Of a DNA stretch of 64,000 nucleotides, positions 1 through 14,394 are shown in pieces (position 1 is the first letter of the stretch; every line of letters begins with the position of its first letter). The stretch is taken from the NCBI RefSeq assembly GCF_963921235.1, contig NC_086117.1, positions 43,214,001 to 43,278,000 on the forward strand. The letters are read 5' to 3'. A program made the position numbers and the translations under genes. The stretch is from Mobula hypostoma (taxonomy: Eukaryota). The notes under the pieces were generated by a model. The model saw only the letters and a list, made by a program, of their open reading frames with translations, did not search any database and was not told the origin of the DNA.

Positions 1-610
1 TGAGTGCAAGGTTGTTGCTGTGACACCATTCAACTAGCTGATACATCTCGTTCCTATACTCCCTCTCATCACCATCTAAAATCCTGCTAATAGTTGTATC
101 ATCAGCAGATTTATAAGTAGCATTTGAGCTGTGCCTAAGCACAGAGTCATGGGTAGAAAGAGAGTGGAGCAGTGGTTTTCATGCACAATATTCTCCCAAG
201 TGAACAGTGAAAGGGGTGATCAGCATAAGACTGCTTTTATCCCATCCCTTTGATCAAGTCTTTTGGCCACCTATTATGAGCGGCAATACTGTGCTCGAAA
301 ATGGGAGGGGTCAGAGGAATAGGGCCTGATTGTTTCAGGCTGACAGGAGGGTGACAGAAATTCAAATAATCACACATTAGAACAGTGGGATGCGGAAGGG
401 CACTTTGAATGCACAAGATGCTATACTTTGAAGTGGACGGGCTACAACAACACAATACCACAAACATACACTCTGTAGCCATTTCTTTGGTACAGGATAT
501 ACCTAATAAAGTAGGCATTGTGTATATACTTGCATGCAAGAATAACTTGGATTTTCATTACATTTTTAACAGAGTCAAAGGTGTTTTAAAGGAATATAAA
601 GGAATATAAT

Positions 611-898
611 GTGTGGCGCGTGGCCAGGTGGTTAAGGCGTTCGTCCAATGATTTGAAGGTCACCAGTTTAAGCCTTGGCTGAGGCAGCGTGTGTGTCCTT
701 GAGCAAGGCACTTAACCGCACATTGCTCTGCGGCGACACCGGTGCCAAGCCCTTCCTTTGGACAACATCAGTGGCGTGGAGAGGGGAGGCTTGCAGCATG
801 GGCAACTGCTGGTCTTTTATAAATACCTTGCCCAGGCCTGCGCCCTGGAAACCTTCCAAGGCGCAAATCCATGGTCTCATGAGACTAACAGATGCCTA
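611..898 (+). mobile_element. tRNA-derived SINE (family A), copy 1
   Basis: Pol III A-box-like TGGCCAGGTGG and a degenerate B box, then TCCTTGAGCAAGGCACTTAAC. Aligns along its length with the reverse complement of 7044-7337; both give the same pseudo-ORF TLPRPAPWKPSK. Confidence 0.85.
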
Positions 899-1564
899 GA
901 GAGCAGTGGTCCAAGACCCCAACCCTAAGGTGATTGTCAGCGAGGTGGAGATGTCTTTAGGTTAGTAAATCGAGGATCAGTTGTAGATGGAGCCTGAATT
1001 GTTGCGTGCCTGAACGTGCTATTGATTATTCTCATGATCAGTGTTAAGTAATACACACATGCAACATTTCATAACTATGCTGTGTAGGCCAGAGTGAAAT
1101 CGTGGCACACAATAGCTTAATAGTGATAAACAATAAACAGAACACTTCCTTCACGATACATTTACTGATGTTTACCAGTATTAAGCAAGCTTAAAACTCA
1201 CAGATATTGCTACCTCAAGGGCAAATAAAGTGTGGTTGGAGAAGGTCGTCTTTCTACCATGTGTACTTCAAGTCAAAATCCAAATTAACCCGCGCAGGAA
1301 AAGATGTAGAAAGCAGCTTATGAACAGGAAGTGACATTCATACAGGATTGTAAGGGCCCATTCCACAAGAGAGGGAGGGAGGAATGGATGGATAGATAAA
1401 CAAACTGCATACAAAACAAACAGCACCTCTAGAGGCCAGAACAATGGACAAGCTAATAATGAATCCACACAGCCTGTTTCCCAGGATCCTATGCCTCCTG
1501 ACTTTCTGAAAGAGCCTACCGTGGGGAACTTGTTGAAGCATTACTAAAAACAATTTGCTTTGTC

Positions 1565-1830
1565 ACATCATCAAAGAATTCGATCAGGCTCATGAAGCAC
1601 GACGCTTATCCTCACGAAGTCATGCTGATTATCCTTAATCAGACTGTTTCTCCAAATGCTCATAAATCCTGTCTCTAAGATATTTTCCAATAGTTCACCC
1701 ACTACTGAAATAAAAGTCACTGATTTATAAAACCCAGGGTTATCGCTACTCCCTTTCATGAACAAAGGATTAACATTTGCCACTCTCCAATTATCCACAC
1801 TAAACCCTGTCAAGATCACTGTTAGCTCCC
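1565..1830 (-). mobile_element. CR1-type LINE ORF2 (RT) fragment
   Basis: Translation WRVANVNPLFMKGS..NPGFYKSVTFISVVGELLE..QHDFV is a decayed form of the CR1 RT N-terminal motif (DWK.ANV.P.FKKG..NYRP.SLTSVVGK). Confidence 0.85.
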
Positions 1831-2114
1831 TGTACTGAGGGACAATATGAATCACCAGTGGGTTGACACATGATTTACGGAATGAAGATACAGGAATGGC
1901 ATCAAATTATTAAATTTATTCAAAATAATTATGTTTTATTACATATACATAGCTGAAACATTCCCACAGAACATACAGAAACTATGTTTTCTCTATGCTA
2001 GGCAGCAAAATATTACAGCAAAGCAAGCTTTTCCCCTTTCTTTTGCAGCTAACTTAATGTAACATTTATCAGGAGAGTAGAAACTCCTACAAGGTTGAGG
2101 TACTTCAAACTACT

Positions 2115-2330
2115 TAGGTACAGAGAAGATGTCAGAGGCAAGTATTTTTTTCTTTTACACAGAGAGTGATGAGTGTGTGGAATGGGCTGCTGGCGGTGGT
2201 GGTGGAGGCGGAAACGATAGGGTCTTTTAAGAGACTCCTGGAGAAATAGAGGGCTAGGTCATTCTAAGGTAAGGACAGCTTTGTGGGCCGAAGGGCCTGC
2301 ACTGTGCTGTAGGTTTTCTATGTTTCTAAA
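2115..2330 (+). mobile_element. CR1 3' end fragment
   Basis: FFTQRV-type ORF2 C-terminus followed by the GGGCCGAAGGGCC...GTGCTGTA 3' UTR tail. Confidence 0.75.
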
Positions 2331-3174
2331 TCTTGTGAATGTTCTATGGAAGAGTATTCCAAGTACCCTTATCCTGTATGGATGCAAGCTAATGACTCTC
2401 AAACAGCACAACATTATGTTAAAAGGGTTATTGCTGATGCAATGAATGGAATTAAACTATAAAAGAATAATATGCAAAATATTATTTTACAGTATATTAC
2501 AATGGCAAAAAAGATACCACTAGTTAAGGAGACCATTACGGAGATTTATCAAATGAAGAAAGTATCATTGCATCAAAAAGAACTTCCAGCATTTACATTG
2601 AAGGATCCTTAATTTATGCATTGTAGTCCAATCATTGTAGTTACTATTGGACTTAAATAACACTTAGAAGGGGAAACATAATTTAATTCTAGCAGAATTT
2701 AGGGCGTCAGTTTAAATGTTTAGTCATTTAAAATGATCTAGAAATATTCCAGTCTGCTCTGAACAAATTTTTTTTGGTGCAAAAATGTTTACTGCTGAGT
2801 AGCGAAATCATTTTGCAACCTTTTTCCACATTGTTCATTCATATTCAGCAAGTTCCTGTTGGGTAAGATCTTCTATTTATTTCACATTTCATAACCTTCT
2901 CTCAGCTATTGATAATATTGTATTTTCCAAAGAAAAAAATCATACCACAATCTTTTACAATAATGTATATTTACTCCTTTTATGTATTTTGCAAGTAGCA
3001 TGACCTGACACCTAATTTGCCTAACCAGCTTTGACTAACCTGGCATAAATATATTTCCTCACATAGCCATTTATAAATTGGCCTATTTCTTCATTATATC
3101 AGCACAGGTAAGTAGAATATACATACATCATTGAAAGTAGGAGAAAGCTCCCAGATGAACAAAGATGAAAGTAC

Positions 3175-4600
3175 ATTCACTATCAAAAGTATGTATACCA
3201 TATGCTGCCTTGAGATTTCTCTTTTTACAAGCAGCCATAAAACAAAGAAAACCAATAGAATCCATTTAAAAACTGTCAAATATCCAATGTATGAAAAAAG
3301 GAACAAATTGTGCAAACAATAAAAAGTAAACAAACACTCAGAACTAAAATTCACAAAAGTGAATCCACAGCCACGAAGCCAGATCATTGCTGCAGCCTGT
3401 CTAGGATCTGGTTAGTTGCAGGCCACAGCCTCAGTTCAGCACAGAGACAAGTGAACCTCGTAGAGCAACAAGCTGAACACCGGACTGGCCCCGACACCCC
3501 AACATTTTCAATATGGCCTGCCACTTAAGATCGGCCAAACACTGGATCGTTCCTCCCTCTCAGGCCCAGGCCCTACCGCTTCAATTCAGCTCCAATTCCA
3601 CTCCAGTTCTTGGGCCTGGACACCGCCGACTAGATTTGGCCCGTACCCACCACGCTGCAAACTGACTGCACCATTGAGATTGCAGTTCACGCCACAAAAA
3701 AAAACTTTTAACTTCTAAGTTGGTTCACAAAATATAAATCAAACAACAGCACCACTAAGAAATACAAGACATTTATTGATCTACATCCTGGACATACAGA
3801 TTTGATGAGGACATTCTGAAATAGTATCTGGGAATGGAGAGTAATGAGGACGATTAGGATTCAATGTTGTCATCTACTGACAAGTTGTTTCCCTGTATTA
3901 AAATGAATGAGAAACAATTTAAATTCTAACATACATCATTTATACCGGGAAGTTGAAGAAAAATGTAGAGCAACATACTTCCATATTCATGCATTCTGTG
4001 AATCCAACTATTTTGGTAATACTGTATCTCTTAAAACTCATTGGGAATACCTCTTAATTTAATGTGCTCCAAAATGTGCCTTCGCTATGCTGAGGTTACT
4101 TGTGGATAATGCCATTAAGTCAAGAGAAATTTCATTGCTCTACTTTCATTCTACTTCAGAATCAAATTGCATTTATTATCAAAGTATGTTTACTTTATAC
4201 AACCTTCAGATTTAAAGAAACCCAACAGAAATGATTAAAACAAAAGACAGTCAAATACCAAACATGCAGAGAAAAACAAGAGGAAAAAACCCATGCAAAC
4301 AATAAAAGTAAGCAAATAACATTCAGAACTGAAGTTCACAAAAGTGAGTCCACACTGTGATATCTGCAGGCCATAGTCATAGTTCAATGCAGAGCTGAGT
4401 TAACTCATGGAGCAACAAGTTGAAGCTCAGTGTAGCGTCAAGTAAAATTCATGCAGCAGCAACTTGAACTGGCCCTGACATCCTGTCCTTTTCAACCTGG
4501 CCAACGTTTAAATCATCCAGACCTTGCTCTCTGACCCAGACCCCACTGCTTCAATACGCTCACGGGCTGGTGCCCCACCACCTCAATTCAGGCCATACCC
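3175..4600. repeat. Two diverged direct copies of one interspersed repeat (~3175-3650 and ~4170-4600)
   Basis: Both contain ATCAAAGTATGT, then TGCAAACAATAAAAGTAA.CAAA..CA.TCAGAACT.AA.TTCACAAAAGTGA.TCCACA, in the same order. Confidence 0.7.
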
Positions 4601-7043
4601 AACTTTATAAGCCTTTTTAGTGTTCCATCTACTTATGACAGGTTTGATTGGGAGGATTCTAGGTAATTAACTGCACTAAAATCCATATTAGCTAAAGCAA
4701 GGCTGACAGGAAGGTTAACTAACCACATAAAATGTTGACAGAGAAATATGTCTTTGGTGTCTAATGCTAAATGGGTAAAAGGAATTTGCCATATGTACTC
4801 ACTAATCTTGGAAATCCATTTGCAAACATTTAATCACCATACGAGGAGTTGGGTTGCCAAGATTGGCGAACAGCACAACCCCATTATCAACCACCTGAGC
4901 TACACATTGAGTTATTTCCAATATGTACTCAACTTCCAACTTTCTGATTTCATTGAAGTCAATGGAACTGAGTGTTGTGAATTCAAATGACAAACGATGC
5001 TCTCACCTACTCAGTGGTAGTGACCAAACCTGAATATGTCTATTATATCACTGAAGGTGAATTGAGTCTACAGAAATTCCAGAAAAAAAGGGAAATCTCT
5101 GATAGAGTACTTTAACATGAAATTTTGAGAACTGTGTACAATGGCAGAAAGGCTGAGGGGTAAAATCTTCGGTGCACAGGACAAATTTCAAAGATGATGG
5201 TAGAACTGATACTGAAGGAAAGTGATCTGCACAACTTGAAGCTCAGCATCAGGGTAATTGCAAAAACAGAGACGCAAAGAAATCCAATCAGAGAAATGGA
5301 ACAAGTGAGAGGGTGCAAGGTTAGAAATAAAAATGGCAAAACTGAGCCTGAAAATCAAAAGTCATGGTGTACAAGCAATGGTGATGAGATGGGTGGTGGG
5401 TAAAACAGAGCATGAAGACAGAACACATGGATTTTTGAAACTAGTAGAATAACATGAGAAAACAAGACAATCTGATGGATATCTGAATTCTGTATTCATA
5501 TTCAGTGACAATATATCACAATGTCTCTATATCCAACATCTCCTGGATTATGACCACACACAATCTTGTTTCTATCATAAAAGTAGTTCAGTTCTCCCCA
5601 AGGATCTTATTGTTAGGAATTAGCTTCACTTCCATTCTAAACTTTTCTGAATTTTGTTTTATCAAAACAAGAGTCAAATCTCCAGCATTACAAACATAAT
5701 ATCAAACCCTGATTGCACAAGAACACTAAAATTTCTTTCAAGCATTCTTGATTTTTACTACACTGGTTTTCCCCAAAGAGTTCCTACCAAGTTACGTCAA
5801 TGAATAAGCAAATATTTTAAAAATAAAAGTATGTCTCAGATGCTGTAGCTATAATCCTAGATTATGATTTAATAATGCCTTTGTTACTTGTTTTTGTTCT
5901 TTTATTCCTAGGGTCCCCTTAAAAAATGAATGAGTTGAGGCATCAAATGAGTAACTGTGTCATGCTATTTTTCACTTTTTCTCTCGTTAACATTTCTTGG
6001 GACATTAACACCTTGGGATCTGCCTCAGATACATTGACAAGTACATATTTATTGGATGCAAAACTCTGCTTTTAACTTTTCCCCCTTTCCGTAAATACTG
6101 TCTCTTTCCAGCATTTTCTAATTGATTTTATCTATAAATATATGCTGAGACCTCAACTACAATATATTAATCAGAGCAGGTTTGTATTTGCAGGGGATGT
6201 AGCAGAGCTTGGTAAAAGTTTCAACTGCCCAATATTTGCTGTTTTTAAAATAAAACAAGTTCCATAAGAATGCAAGAGATATATACACTAGGCTAGATGC
6301 ACCCTGGGACAGCTCAGCATTCAATAAGACCAAGGCTGATCCTGTATCTTAACAAGTTTCCACTTCTATGGGAAAAGCATACTTTTATACACCTTAGTCA
6401 AAATGCCTCATTCCTTCTTCTGAGCTTCAACTTCAGAAGAGTACGAGACAAAATCTCACCACCTAACCTGTTGATCACTCTCAGTATTTCATATATTTCA
6501 GTCTAAACACTATTAAATATAGTTCCAGCCTTATCAATCTTTCCTTAGAACAATCAGTTGATATTCCAAGAATCAATCTAGTGAAAGCATAGTGCCTTCA
6601 TAAAATCAAATACATCCATCCTTGGATCACAAAACTCCACAAAGATGTAGTCTTTCCAAAGACCTTTACAACTGCAGCAAAACTTCCTTAATTCTTATAA
6701 TTTAACCCTGTTGTAATAAAGGTCAGATTTACATTTGACTATCTGATTGTTTGCTTGTTCACTTGCAATTCCCACCATCCCATCCATTTATAATCCGTCT
6801 TTTTCCTTTTGCAAACTCTTTTTTCAGTTTCCTAAACAAACTCAGTTTTAAAATGTACACAAATGTTGCAATACACTGTCCTTCTCCAAGCTATTAATGT
6901 GGATTGTGAACAGCTGAGGATCTAAATCTGCTACTTGTGATACCTTGCTACCTGCAAGCTGCCAACCTCAATTTTTACCCCTTTAAGCTATTATCCAAGC
7001 TAATAATCTTCTAGCTTTAGTTAATTTTTTGTGCAGATCTTTT

Positions 7044-7337
7044 ATAAGCATCTGTTAGTCTCATGAGATCATGGATTTGTGTCTTAGAAGGTTTCCAGGG
7101 CGCAGGCCTGGGCAAGGTTGTATGGAAGACCGGCAGTTGCCCATGCTGCAAGTCTCCCCACACCACGCCACCGATGTTGTCCAAGGGAAGGGAACTAGGG
7201 CTAATACAGCTTGGCACCGGTGTCCTCGCAGAGCAATGTGTGGTTAAGTACACAACACGCTGCCTCAGCTGAGGCTCAAACTAGCGACCTTCAGATCACT
7301 AACCCAATGTCTTAACCACTTGGCCACGCGCCAACAC
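7044..7337 (-). mobile_element. tRNA-derived SINE (family A), copy 2
   Basis: Reverse-complement match to 611-898; head GGCGCGTGGCCAAGTGGTTAAG. Confidence 0.85.
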
Positions 7338-7554
7338 TATTGTGCAGATCACTCTTTACCTAATCTAATAATAGCTTCATAAAATATCTCAAACTTGACT
7401 TCCTTTACACAATACATCGCCTTTTCCCAATCATGTTGAACTCCTGTTGCCACATCCTCTGAAATGAATGCCAGCAATTTTCTGATAACAAGCACCAGGT
7501 TAAATAATATTTAATTACCCATTTTCTTGCCTGTTTTTGGAACAACGGTGTTAC

Positions 7555-7822
7555 AATCATGGGACTAATAACCATCACCTCCCAGCTTTCTACATCTTCC
7601 CCACCCACTCACCTATCTTCCCTCTCACGTGGTCTTGCATATCACCTGCCAGCTTGTACTCCTGCTTCTTCTCCTCCTCCCCCTCCCACATTCATATTCT
7701 GGAATGTGTCTCCTTCCTTTCCAGTCCTGATCAAAGGACTCAAATGAAAAATTAATTGCTTATTCCTGCCTATATATGCTGCCTGACCTGCTGAGTTCCT
7801 CCAACATTTTGTGCATGTTGCA
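7555..7822 (+). mobile_element. Decayed Penelope-like pLTR/3' fragment
   Basis: Pyrimidine-rich tract, a degenerate CAGTCCTGA..AAGG hammerhead remnant, and the ATGCTGCCTGACCTGCTGAGTTCCTCCA terminus shared with the younger PLE copies. Confidence 0.7.
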
Positions 7823-8129
7823 GAATATATTTAAGCTCCTCAACTGGTCAATGTGCATCCATGGCAAGAACAAAAGAATTAACTTTTTAGGTCAAAGGCA
7901 TAAAAAAAATCATTCATTTGAACATTAAGTCAGTTCTGATCACCACAGATGTCGCTGGCCTGTGAAGTATTCAGCAGAATTTTCTGTTTTTATGTCATAT
8001 AGTGCCTAATGGTCAGTGGTTTAACTGCACAGCAGCACAAGTGATTCAATATTAATACAGAATGTTTCATCAGTCAGGTGATATTCAGATTGATGTTCTC
8101 TCCCCATATATATGCAAATTTTAGCAGGT

Positions 8130-8345
8130 GTACCATGGAGAGCAGTCTAATTGGATGCACCACCATCTGATATGGAGGAGACAATGCACAGGATCATAAG
8201 AAAGCTGCAGAAGGTTGTAAACTCAGTTAGCTCCATCCTGGGCACTAGCTTCCCCACCATCAAAGACATCTTCAAAAGGTGATGCCTAAAAAAAGGCAGT
8301 GTCCATCATTAAGGACCCTCACCACTTAGGAGGTGCCTTCTTCTC
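8130..8345 (+). mobile_element. Rex1/Babar-like (L2/CR1 group) LINE 3' ORF fragment
   Basis: ES.L.GC.T.WYG..AQD.KKLQKVV..IIKDP.H motifs. Related fragments lie at 33250-33420 (-) and 55975-56435 (-). Confidence 0.7.
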
Positions 8346-9789
8346 AACAAATCTCACGACCTACAGTATGTCAGTGATAATACAACTAATTCTGACTCTG
8401 ATTCCTTCATGTCCAAGCCAGTCAGTGTCAGCTATAAATAAACTCACTTTCTGTTTGTGGCTTCCTGCACTGTTACAATGAGGCCCAACTCCAGCTTGAG
8501 GAACAACATCTTTTCCTCTAACTGAGCATGCTGAAACCTGTAAAACTGAATATCAAATTCTCCAACTTTAAATAATGAACTATTTTTTTCTGTTTGCATC
8601 AGAACTTCCTATTTCTGCCAGTCATCACCATTTTGGCTATTCTTTTCTTTATTTTTCCCCCTCTTCTTTTATACCTTCTGGCTTTCTGGATATATCCCAC
8701 AGTCTTACACTAAAATATATATTACACAGGCTAAGCAGCTTAATCTGACTTTAACAGCTCCTTTTAATGCCACATTATAATTTCACCCTCTGGAAGGTAT
8801 TCCTCTTGTTCTACCAGCCCCTATTCCCCAACTTTGCTGCAACCTAAACTTGACTTTTTCATCTTTTCCCAGTTCTGGTGAACCTAGGTTGAAATGTTAA
8901 CCAATTCCCTTTCCACAGATGCTGCTTGACCCGCTGAATAGTTCCAGCATATTCTGCTTTTATTTCGAATTTCCCGCATTGACAATATTTTTTCCAGTGA
9001 CTAACAATTAATGTGCCAGTGTCTGTTTGTACCTCCATATAGCTTATTTTTACATTCCCACCTAGATTTGCATCATGAGTCAAGTTTGATGTAAATTTCA
9101 TAACTTAGTTAATAACCAACTGTAAGCCCACTACAACTTTGTGTAACCAACATTAGGAACTACCTCAGGGCATGAAATTGCCACATTTATTCCTTCTCCC
9201 CATTTATTGCCCTTAATCAATCCTCCATTCACATAAATGCATCACCAACAAGTTATATCTTTTGAAAACCCAGGTACACTTGTCCTTCCTACTGCTTTGT
9301 TGGTCAAAAACGTGTAATGAATTTGTTAAATATGCTTGTTTTCTTAAAATCACATTAACTCTGCCTAATAATAATGACCAACAGTGCACAATGCGAAACA
9401 AATCCCTGCACTTCCACAAATGCTTCCACATGTTAAAACAACCAGAACTAGAGCTCCTAAGTATGAAACAGTTATCAGAAATGAGGCAAATACTTCAGGG
9501 GCACTTTATTCAGAAAGTGTTCCTAAATATACATTCAGAACTCAAGCAACAAAAACACATGGAAATAGGAGGAGGCCACCAGGACCCTCAAAGTTTCCCT
9601 TCCATCTACAGTATGCTGCCTCAATTCCCCTTCTATGTCATTTCCTCAGAACACTCAATTACTTGAATTTCCAAATATTTATCTCCACCTCAAATACATC
9701 AATGATCCAATTGCAGAGATTCACTAATTTGAAAGAAATTTTTATGTACCTCAGTTTAAATGACTGGCATCTTTTTTTAAAAATTAGCT

Positions 9790-10075
9790 TTATTTATCAC
9801 ATCTACCTTGAAACATACAATGAAATGTGTAGTTTGCATCTACAACCAACACAGTCCTAGGATATGCTAGGGGTTGGCCACAAGTGCTTACATGTTTCAA
9901 ACCCCAACATAACATGCCCATAACTTACTAACTCATATATCTTTAGACTGCAGAGGGAAACCAGAGCACCAAGAGGAGAACATACAAACTCCTTATAGAC
10001 AACGGCAAGAATGGAACCCCTATCAGGATTGCTGGCATTGTAAAGCGTTACACTAACCAGTATGCTATTTTGTTG
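9790..10075 (-). mobile_element. V-SINE (HE1-like) fragment
   Basis: Reverse strand carries the V-domain-like core TAAGGAGTTTGTATGTTCTCC...GGTGCTCTGGTTTCC. Confidence 0.6.
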
Positions 10076-11009
10076 CTATGCCCAGTTGCTTGAAACTCTC
10101 CCACTCAACATCCATCTTGTCAAGTTCTGCCAAGAAAAAAAGCGTACTGGAAACACCATTAGGTAAACCTAAAAATAAAGTGCTCACCTTACAAAGCCGC
10201 ACCAGAAATCACATTCCTGTTCAATACACTAAGCTAAGTGATCTCACATTCAATAGATAGATCAGATAATACTCAACAGTCCAAGAACATCCCCAGCCTC
10301 AATGATGGTAGGACCTAAGCACACAAGTGATGAAGGCAAGGTAGTCATGACTATGCTCTGCCAGAATTCTAGTGTTTGTTCAGTCTCTACCATGGTAGAA
10401 ACCTTTCTTCATCAAATGAATACACTCTTATCATATCAAAACTTGGCTTGAGAGTGCTGGATACCACAAAGGTTGGGACCAGACAACATACAAGTTGTAG
10501 TACAAAAACATATGTTCTAGAACTAGCTCTTAGCATTCAGCTAGAATTCAGTTCATTCAGAGTTCAGCACGCTGGTCTATGCAACAATGTGGGAAATTGC
10601 CTAGGAATGTCCTATTCACAAAAGGCAGAACTAATCTTATCCACCTAATTACTACTCCAGCAGTAGAATGTTACAAGTTGTTGTTAATGGTGCTGTCAAG
10701 AGGCAAATGCTCTCTAATACCCTGCTTAATGATCCAGTTAGGATTTTACTCATTTCTAGACTAAATCACAGTCTTGATCTAAACATACACCAAGTGGTTG
10801 AAAGCTGAAGTTGCAGCAAGTGAAAATTCCCCTGACATCGAAACAAAATAATTATGATGGTTGGAAGTTAATTATCTCAGCCATAGAACATCCTGAAGGC
10901 AACATCCTTGGCCCAAACATTCACTGGTTGTCAAAGAACTTCCTTCAGCAAATGAATCTGTCCACAATTGCTTCCAGCAGGACCCAGACACAAAAAAGAC
11001 TGCAGTTGC

Positions 11010-11925
11010 TTGAAATCTACACCAAAACTCAAAAAAAATGCTGGAGAAATCCAGTAGTTTCAGACAACATCTATGGAGGGAAATTAACTATGAACCTATT
11101 GGGCTAAGTCTTCATCAGGACTGGAAAGAAAGAGGGCAGAAGCCAAAATAAAGGGCTGAGGAAAGGGACAGAAGCACAAGCTGGCAGGTGATAGGCAAAT
11201 CAATGGGAGGGGGGAAGATGGGTAAGTGAGAAGGGGTCAGGTGGGAATGATACAAAAAGCTTAGAAGTACTGTAATAGGTGGAAGAGGCAAAGAGCTGAA
11301 GAGAGTAAAATCTGATTGGAGAGGACTGTGGATCATTGAATAAAAAGGAAGGAGATGGGGAACCAGAGGAAGGAAGGTGTGGATGATAGGCAGGTGATGA
11401 AAGTAAGGAAGGAGAAAGAGAAGAGGCGCAATACACACAAAATGCTGGAAGAACTCAGCAGGTCAGGCAACATCTATGGAAATGAATAGATAGTTGTCGT
11501 TTTGGGCTGAGACCCTTCCTTAAGAGAAGAGGTGACGGAGCCAGAGGGAGACGGCTGCAATGTCAAACAGAGTGGAGTGATTACCGCTTGCTAGAGGCAT
11601 TGATGATCATGACATTAGGTTGGAAACTACCAAGAAAGACTAAGATGTTGTTGATGTTGTTCCCTCTAATATGCATCTAGCCTCAATTTGGCTGTAGAGG
11701 AGGCCATTGACAGACACATTAGTGTGGGTATGGGAAGTAGAACTGAAATGGTTGGCAGCAGGAGATCATAGCTATATCATTTCTTGCATCTGGTGCTAAC
11801 AGAGAAGCCTCCACTACATTAGTGGGACCCAAAATTGGGGATCGCTTCATCAAGCACCTACATTCCATCTGCCATAATAGCCAGGATCTCCCATTGGCCA
11901 ACTCTCCCTTCTCCTCTAATAGCTT
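11010..11925. mobile_element. Old Penelope-like element remnants (minus-strand pLTR/EN pieces and a plus-strand GIY-YIG piece)
   Basis: Degenerate pLTR termini at 11030-11125 and 11430-11520. Plus-strand GDRFIKHLHSICHNSQDLPLA at 11822-11900 is the PLE GIY-YIG motif. A matching plus-strand pLTR resumes at ~12930-13370. Confidence 0.65.
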
Positions 11926-11929
11926 CCAT

Positions 11930-12930
11930 TCTCAAACAACAGGAATTCTGCAGATGCTGGAAATTCAAGCAACACACATCAAAGTTGCTGGTGAACGCAG
12001 CAGGCCAGGAAGCATCTCTAGGAAGAGGTACAGTCGACGTTTCAGGCCGAGACCCTTTGTCAGGACTAAATGAAGGAAGAGTTAGTAAGAGATTTGAAAG
12101 TGGGAGGGGGAGGCGGAGATCCAAAATGATAGGAGAAGACAGGAGGGGGAGGGATGGAGCCAAGAGCTGGACAGGTGATTGGCAAAGGGGATATGAGAGG
12201 ATCATGGGACAGGAGGTCTGGGAAGAAAGACGGGGGGGGGGGAGGGAGAACCCAGAGGATGGGCAAGGGGTATATTCAGAGGGACAGAGGGAGAAAAAGG
12301 AGAGTGAGAGAAAAAATGTGTGTATAAAAATAAATAACAGATGGGGTACGAGGGGGAGGTGGGGCATTAGCGGAAGTTAGAGAAGTCGATGTTCATGCCA
12401 TCAGGTTGGAGGCTACCCAGACGGAATATAAGGTGTTGTTCCTCCAACCTGAGTGTGGCTTCATCTTTACAGTAGAGGAGGCCGTGGATAGACATGTCAG
12501 AATGGGAATGGGATGTGGAATTAAAATGTGTGGCCACTGGGAGATCCTGCTTTCTCTGGCGGACAGAGCGTAGGTGTTCAGCAAAGCGGTCTCCCAGTCT
12601 GTGTCGGGTCTTGCCAATATATAAAAGGCCACATCGGGAGCACCGGACGCAGTATATCACCCCAGCCGACTCACAGGTAAAGTGTCGCCTCACCTGGAAG
12701 GACTGTTTGGGGCCCTGAATGGTGGTAAGGGAGTAAGTGTAAGGGCATGTGTAGCACTTGTTCCGCTTACACGGATAAGTGCCAGGAGGAAGATCAGTGG
12801 GGAGGGATGGGGGGGACAAATGGACAAGGGAGTCGCGTAGGGAGCGATCCCTGCAGAAAGCAGAGAGAGGGGGGGAGGGAAAGATGTGCTTAGTGGTGGG
12901 ATCCCGTTGGAGGTGGCGGAAGTTACGGAG
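11930..12930 (-). mobile_element. Young 5'-truncated Penelope-like element: GIY-YIG endonuclease C-terminus plus pLTR
   Basis: Open ORF 12367-12819: GTYPCKRNKCYTC...GVIYCVRCSRCGLLYIGKT..RLGDRFAEH..VATHF..LGSLQPDGMN (CCHH finger plus GIY-YIG of PLEs). Followed by a pLTR with a hammerhead motif at 12032-12067. Confidence 0.93.
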
Positions 12931-14394
12931 TTTCCAGTCTCACCTTCTTTACTTGTCCAAATTCATCTTTAGTATTGCTTTATATTCCTGCTTATCTCCC
13001 ATCAGCAGCTATCTCCCACTCTCCTGCCTCCATTTTTGCTCCATTTGTTTTTCCTCTCCGTCTACCTCCATTTATCCATCATCTGCCACAGTCTTCCAAT
13101 TCCACCCTTGCTCACCTCTCCTACCAGGCACTAACTGCCTGATAATTTACACCCCTCCTCAGACTACTAATCACCTTTGTATCCTTTCTTGCCACTCACG
13201 TTTTCCTCTCTATGCCGGCTACCTCACCTCTCTGCTCTCAGTTCCAATGCAGGGTTTTGACACAAAATATTATCAATTCCCTTCCTCCCTTCAATGCTAT
13301 TTGACCCAGAGTTCCTCCAGTGAATTGTGTGTTGTCCAGATTCCAGCATCTGCAATCCCTTGTGTTCCCATTAGACAGGATGAACCTGTTTCCCCTGGAG
13401 CAACAGAGAGTGAACAGTGATCAACAGAAGTATGTAGAATTATGAGATGTCTGGATATGATAGATAGTCAAAATAATTTTCCATGGTAGGAGTATCAAAA
13501 CAAGAGGGCATAGATTTCATGTGACGTGTCAAGTTTTGAAGATGATTAGACACAGATAGTGGTTGCCCTACCAGGGGAGCTGGTGGAATCAGCTATAATT
13601 ATTATATTTAAAAGTCACTTAGACAGTCAACTAAACAGGCAAGAACATAGAAGAGTATGGTCCTAATGCACAGAAATGGGATTAATGTAGATGAGCAAAA
13701 AGGTCAGGCTGATCATAATAGGGAAAAGGGCACGTTTTCTTTCCATACAACTCTAAGACTATAAATTGTGATTTAAAGGGCAATGACACAAAGTCCAGGT
13801 GCTGTACCTACCAAAGATCAGTTGATTCTTTCAACCATCTGCTAAAGGACAAAAGAAAAAAGTGTCAGAAACTTCCTCTCTCAACACTTTTATCCAATGT
13901 CAAGAAATCAATTAATCAATAGATCATTAGTATTCACATAAGCCTCTGTTTATTCCAACCCTGTTTAAGTATAAACTAATAAATTCACTAATCACTTTTC
14001 AGTTAACTACTTACTGCAGACACTTGTATTGGGTTAAGCATCACTAATCCCTTATTCCCCAGGAATACAGAAGAATATATGGCCTTAATAAGTATTCCTC
14101 ATATAAACATATGAGTTATAATGAACAAATTAAATAGAGGGTACCCAATACATATACATTGCTGTATGATAATCAAGATTCAGAACTAAGTGTATCTGGT
14201 GACAGGAAAACTGACAAAGGAGGAAGGGGTAGTCCTGTAATTACAGTGGAAACTTTATGGGAAGAATTAGGAAAGAATCTGACTGGAGTTATGTATAAAA
14301 CTGAAAAGAACTCTGAAATAGTGTTTTTTTCAAATTTTTTATGACTCAATAATTGGAATAATTAATTCAAATAAATTTGGATAAACTGATCAGT

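Noticed and set aside
770-840. HDV-like ribozyme in SINE family A (GGGCAAC motif)
   Set aside because: Only a simple GGGCAA/TTGCCC hairpin; I could not build P1/P2/P3 or a J4/2.
9262-9860. Overlapping 134- and 158-aa ORFs
   Set aside because: No domain-like features or splice support; partly overlap decayed repeat sequence.
10188-10216. Minus-strand 29-nt exon-like block with AAG|GTGAGC donor
   Set aside because: Weak acceptor, and it cannot be linked confidently to the gene model.
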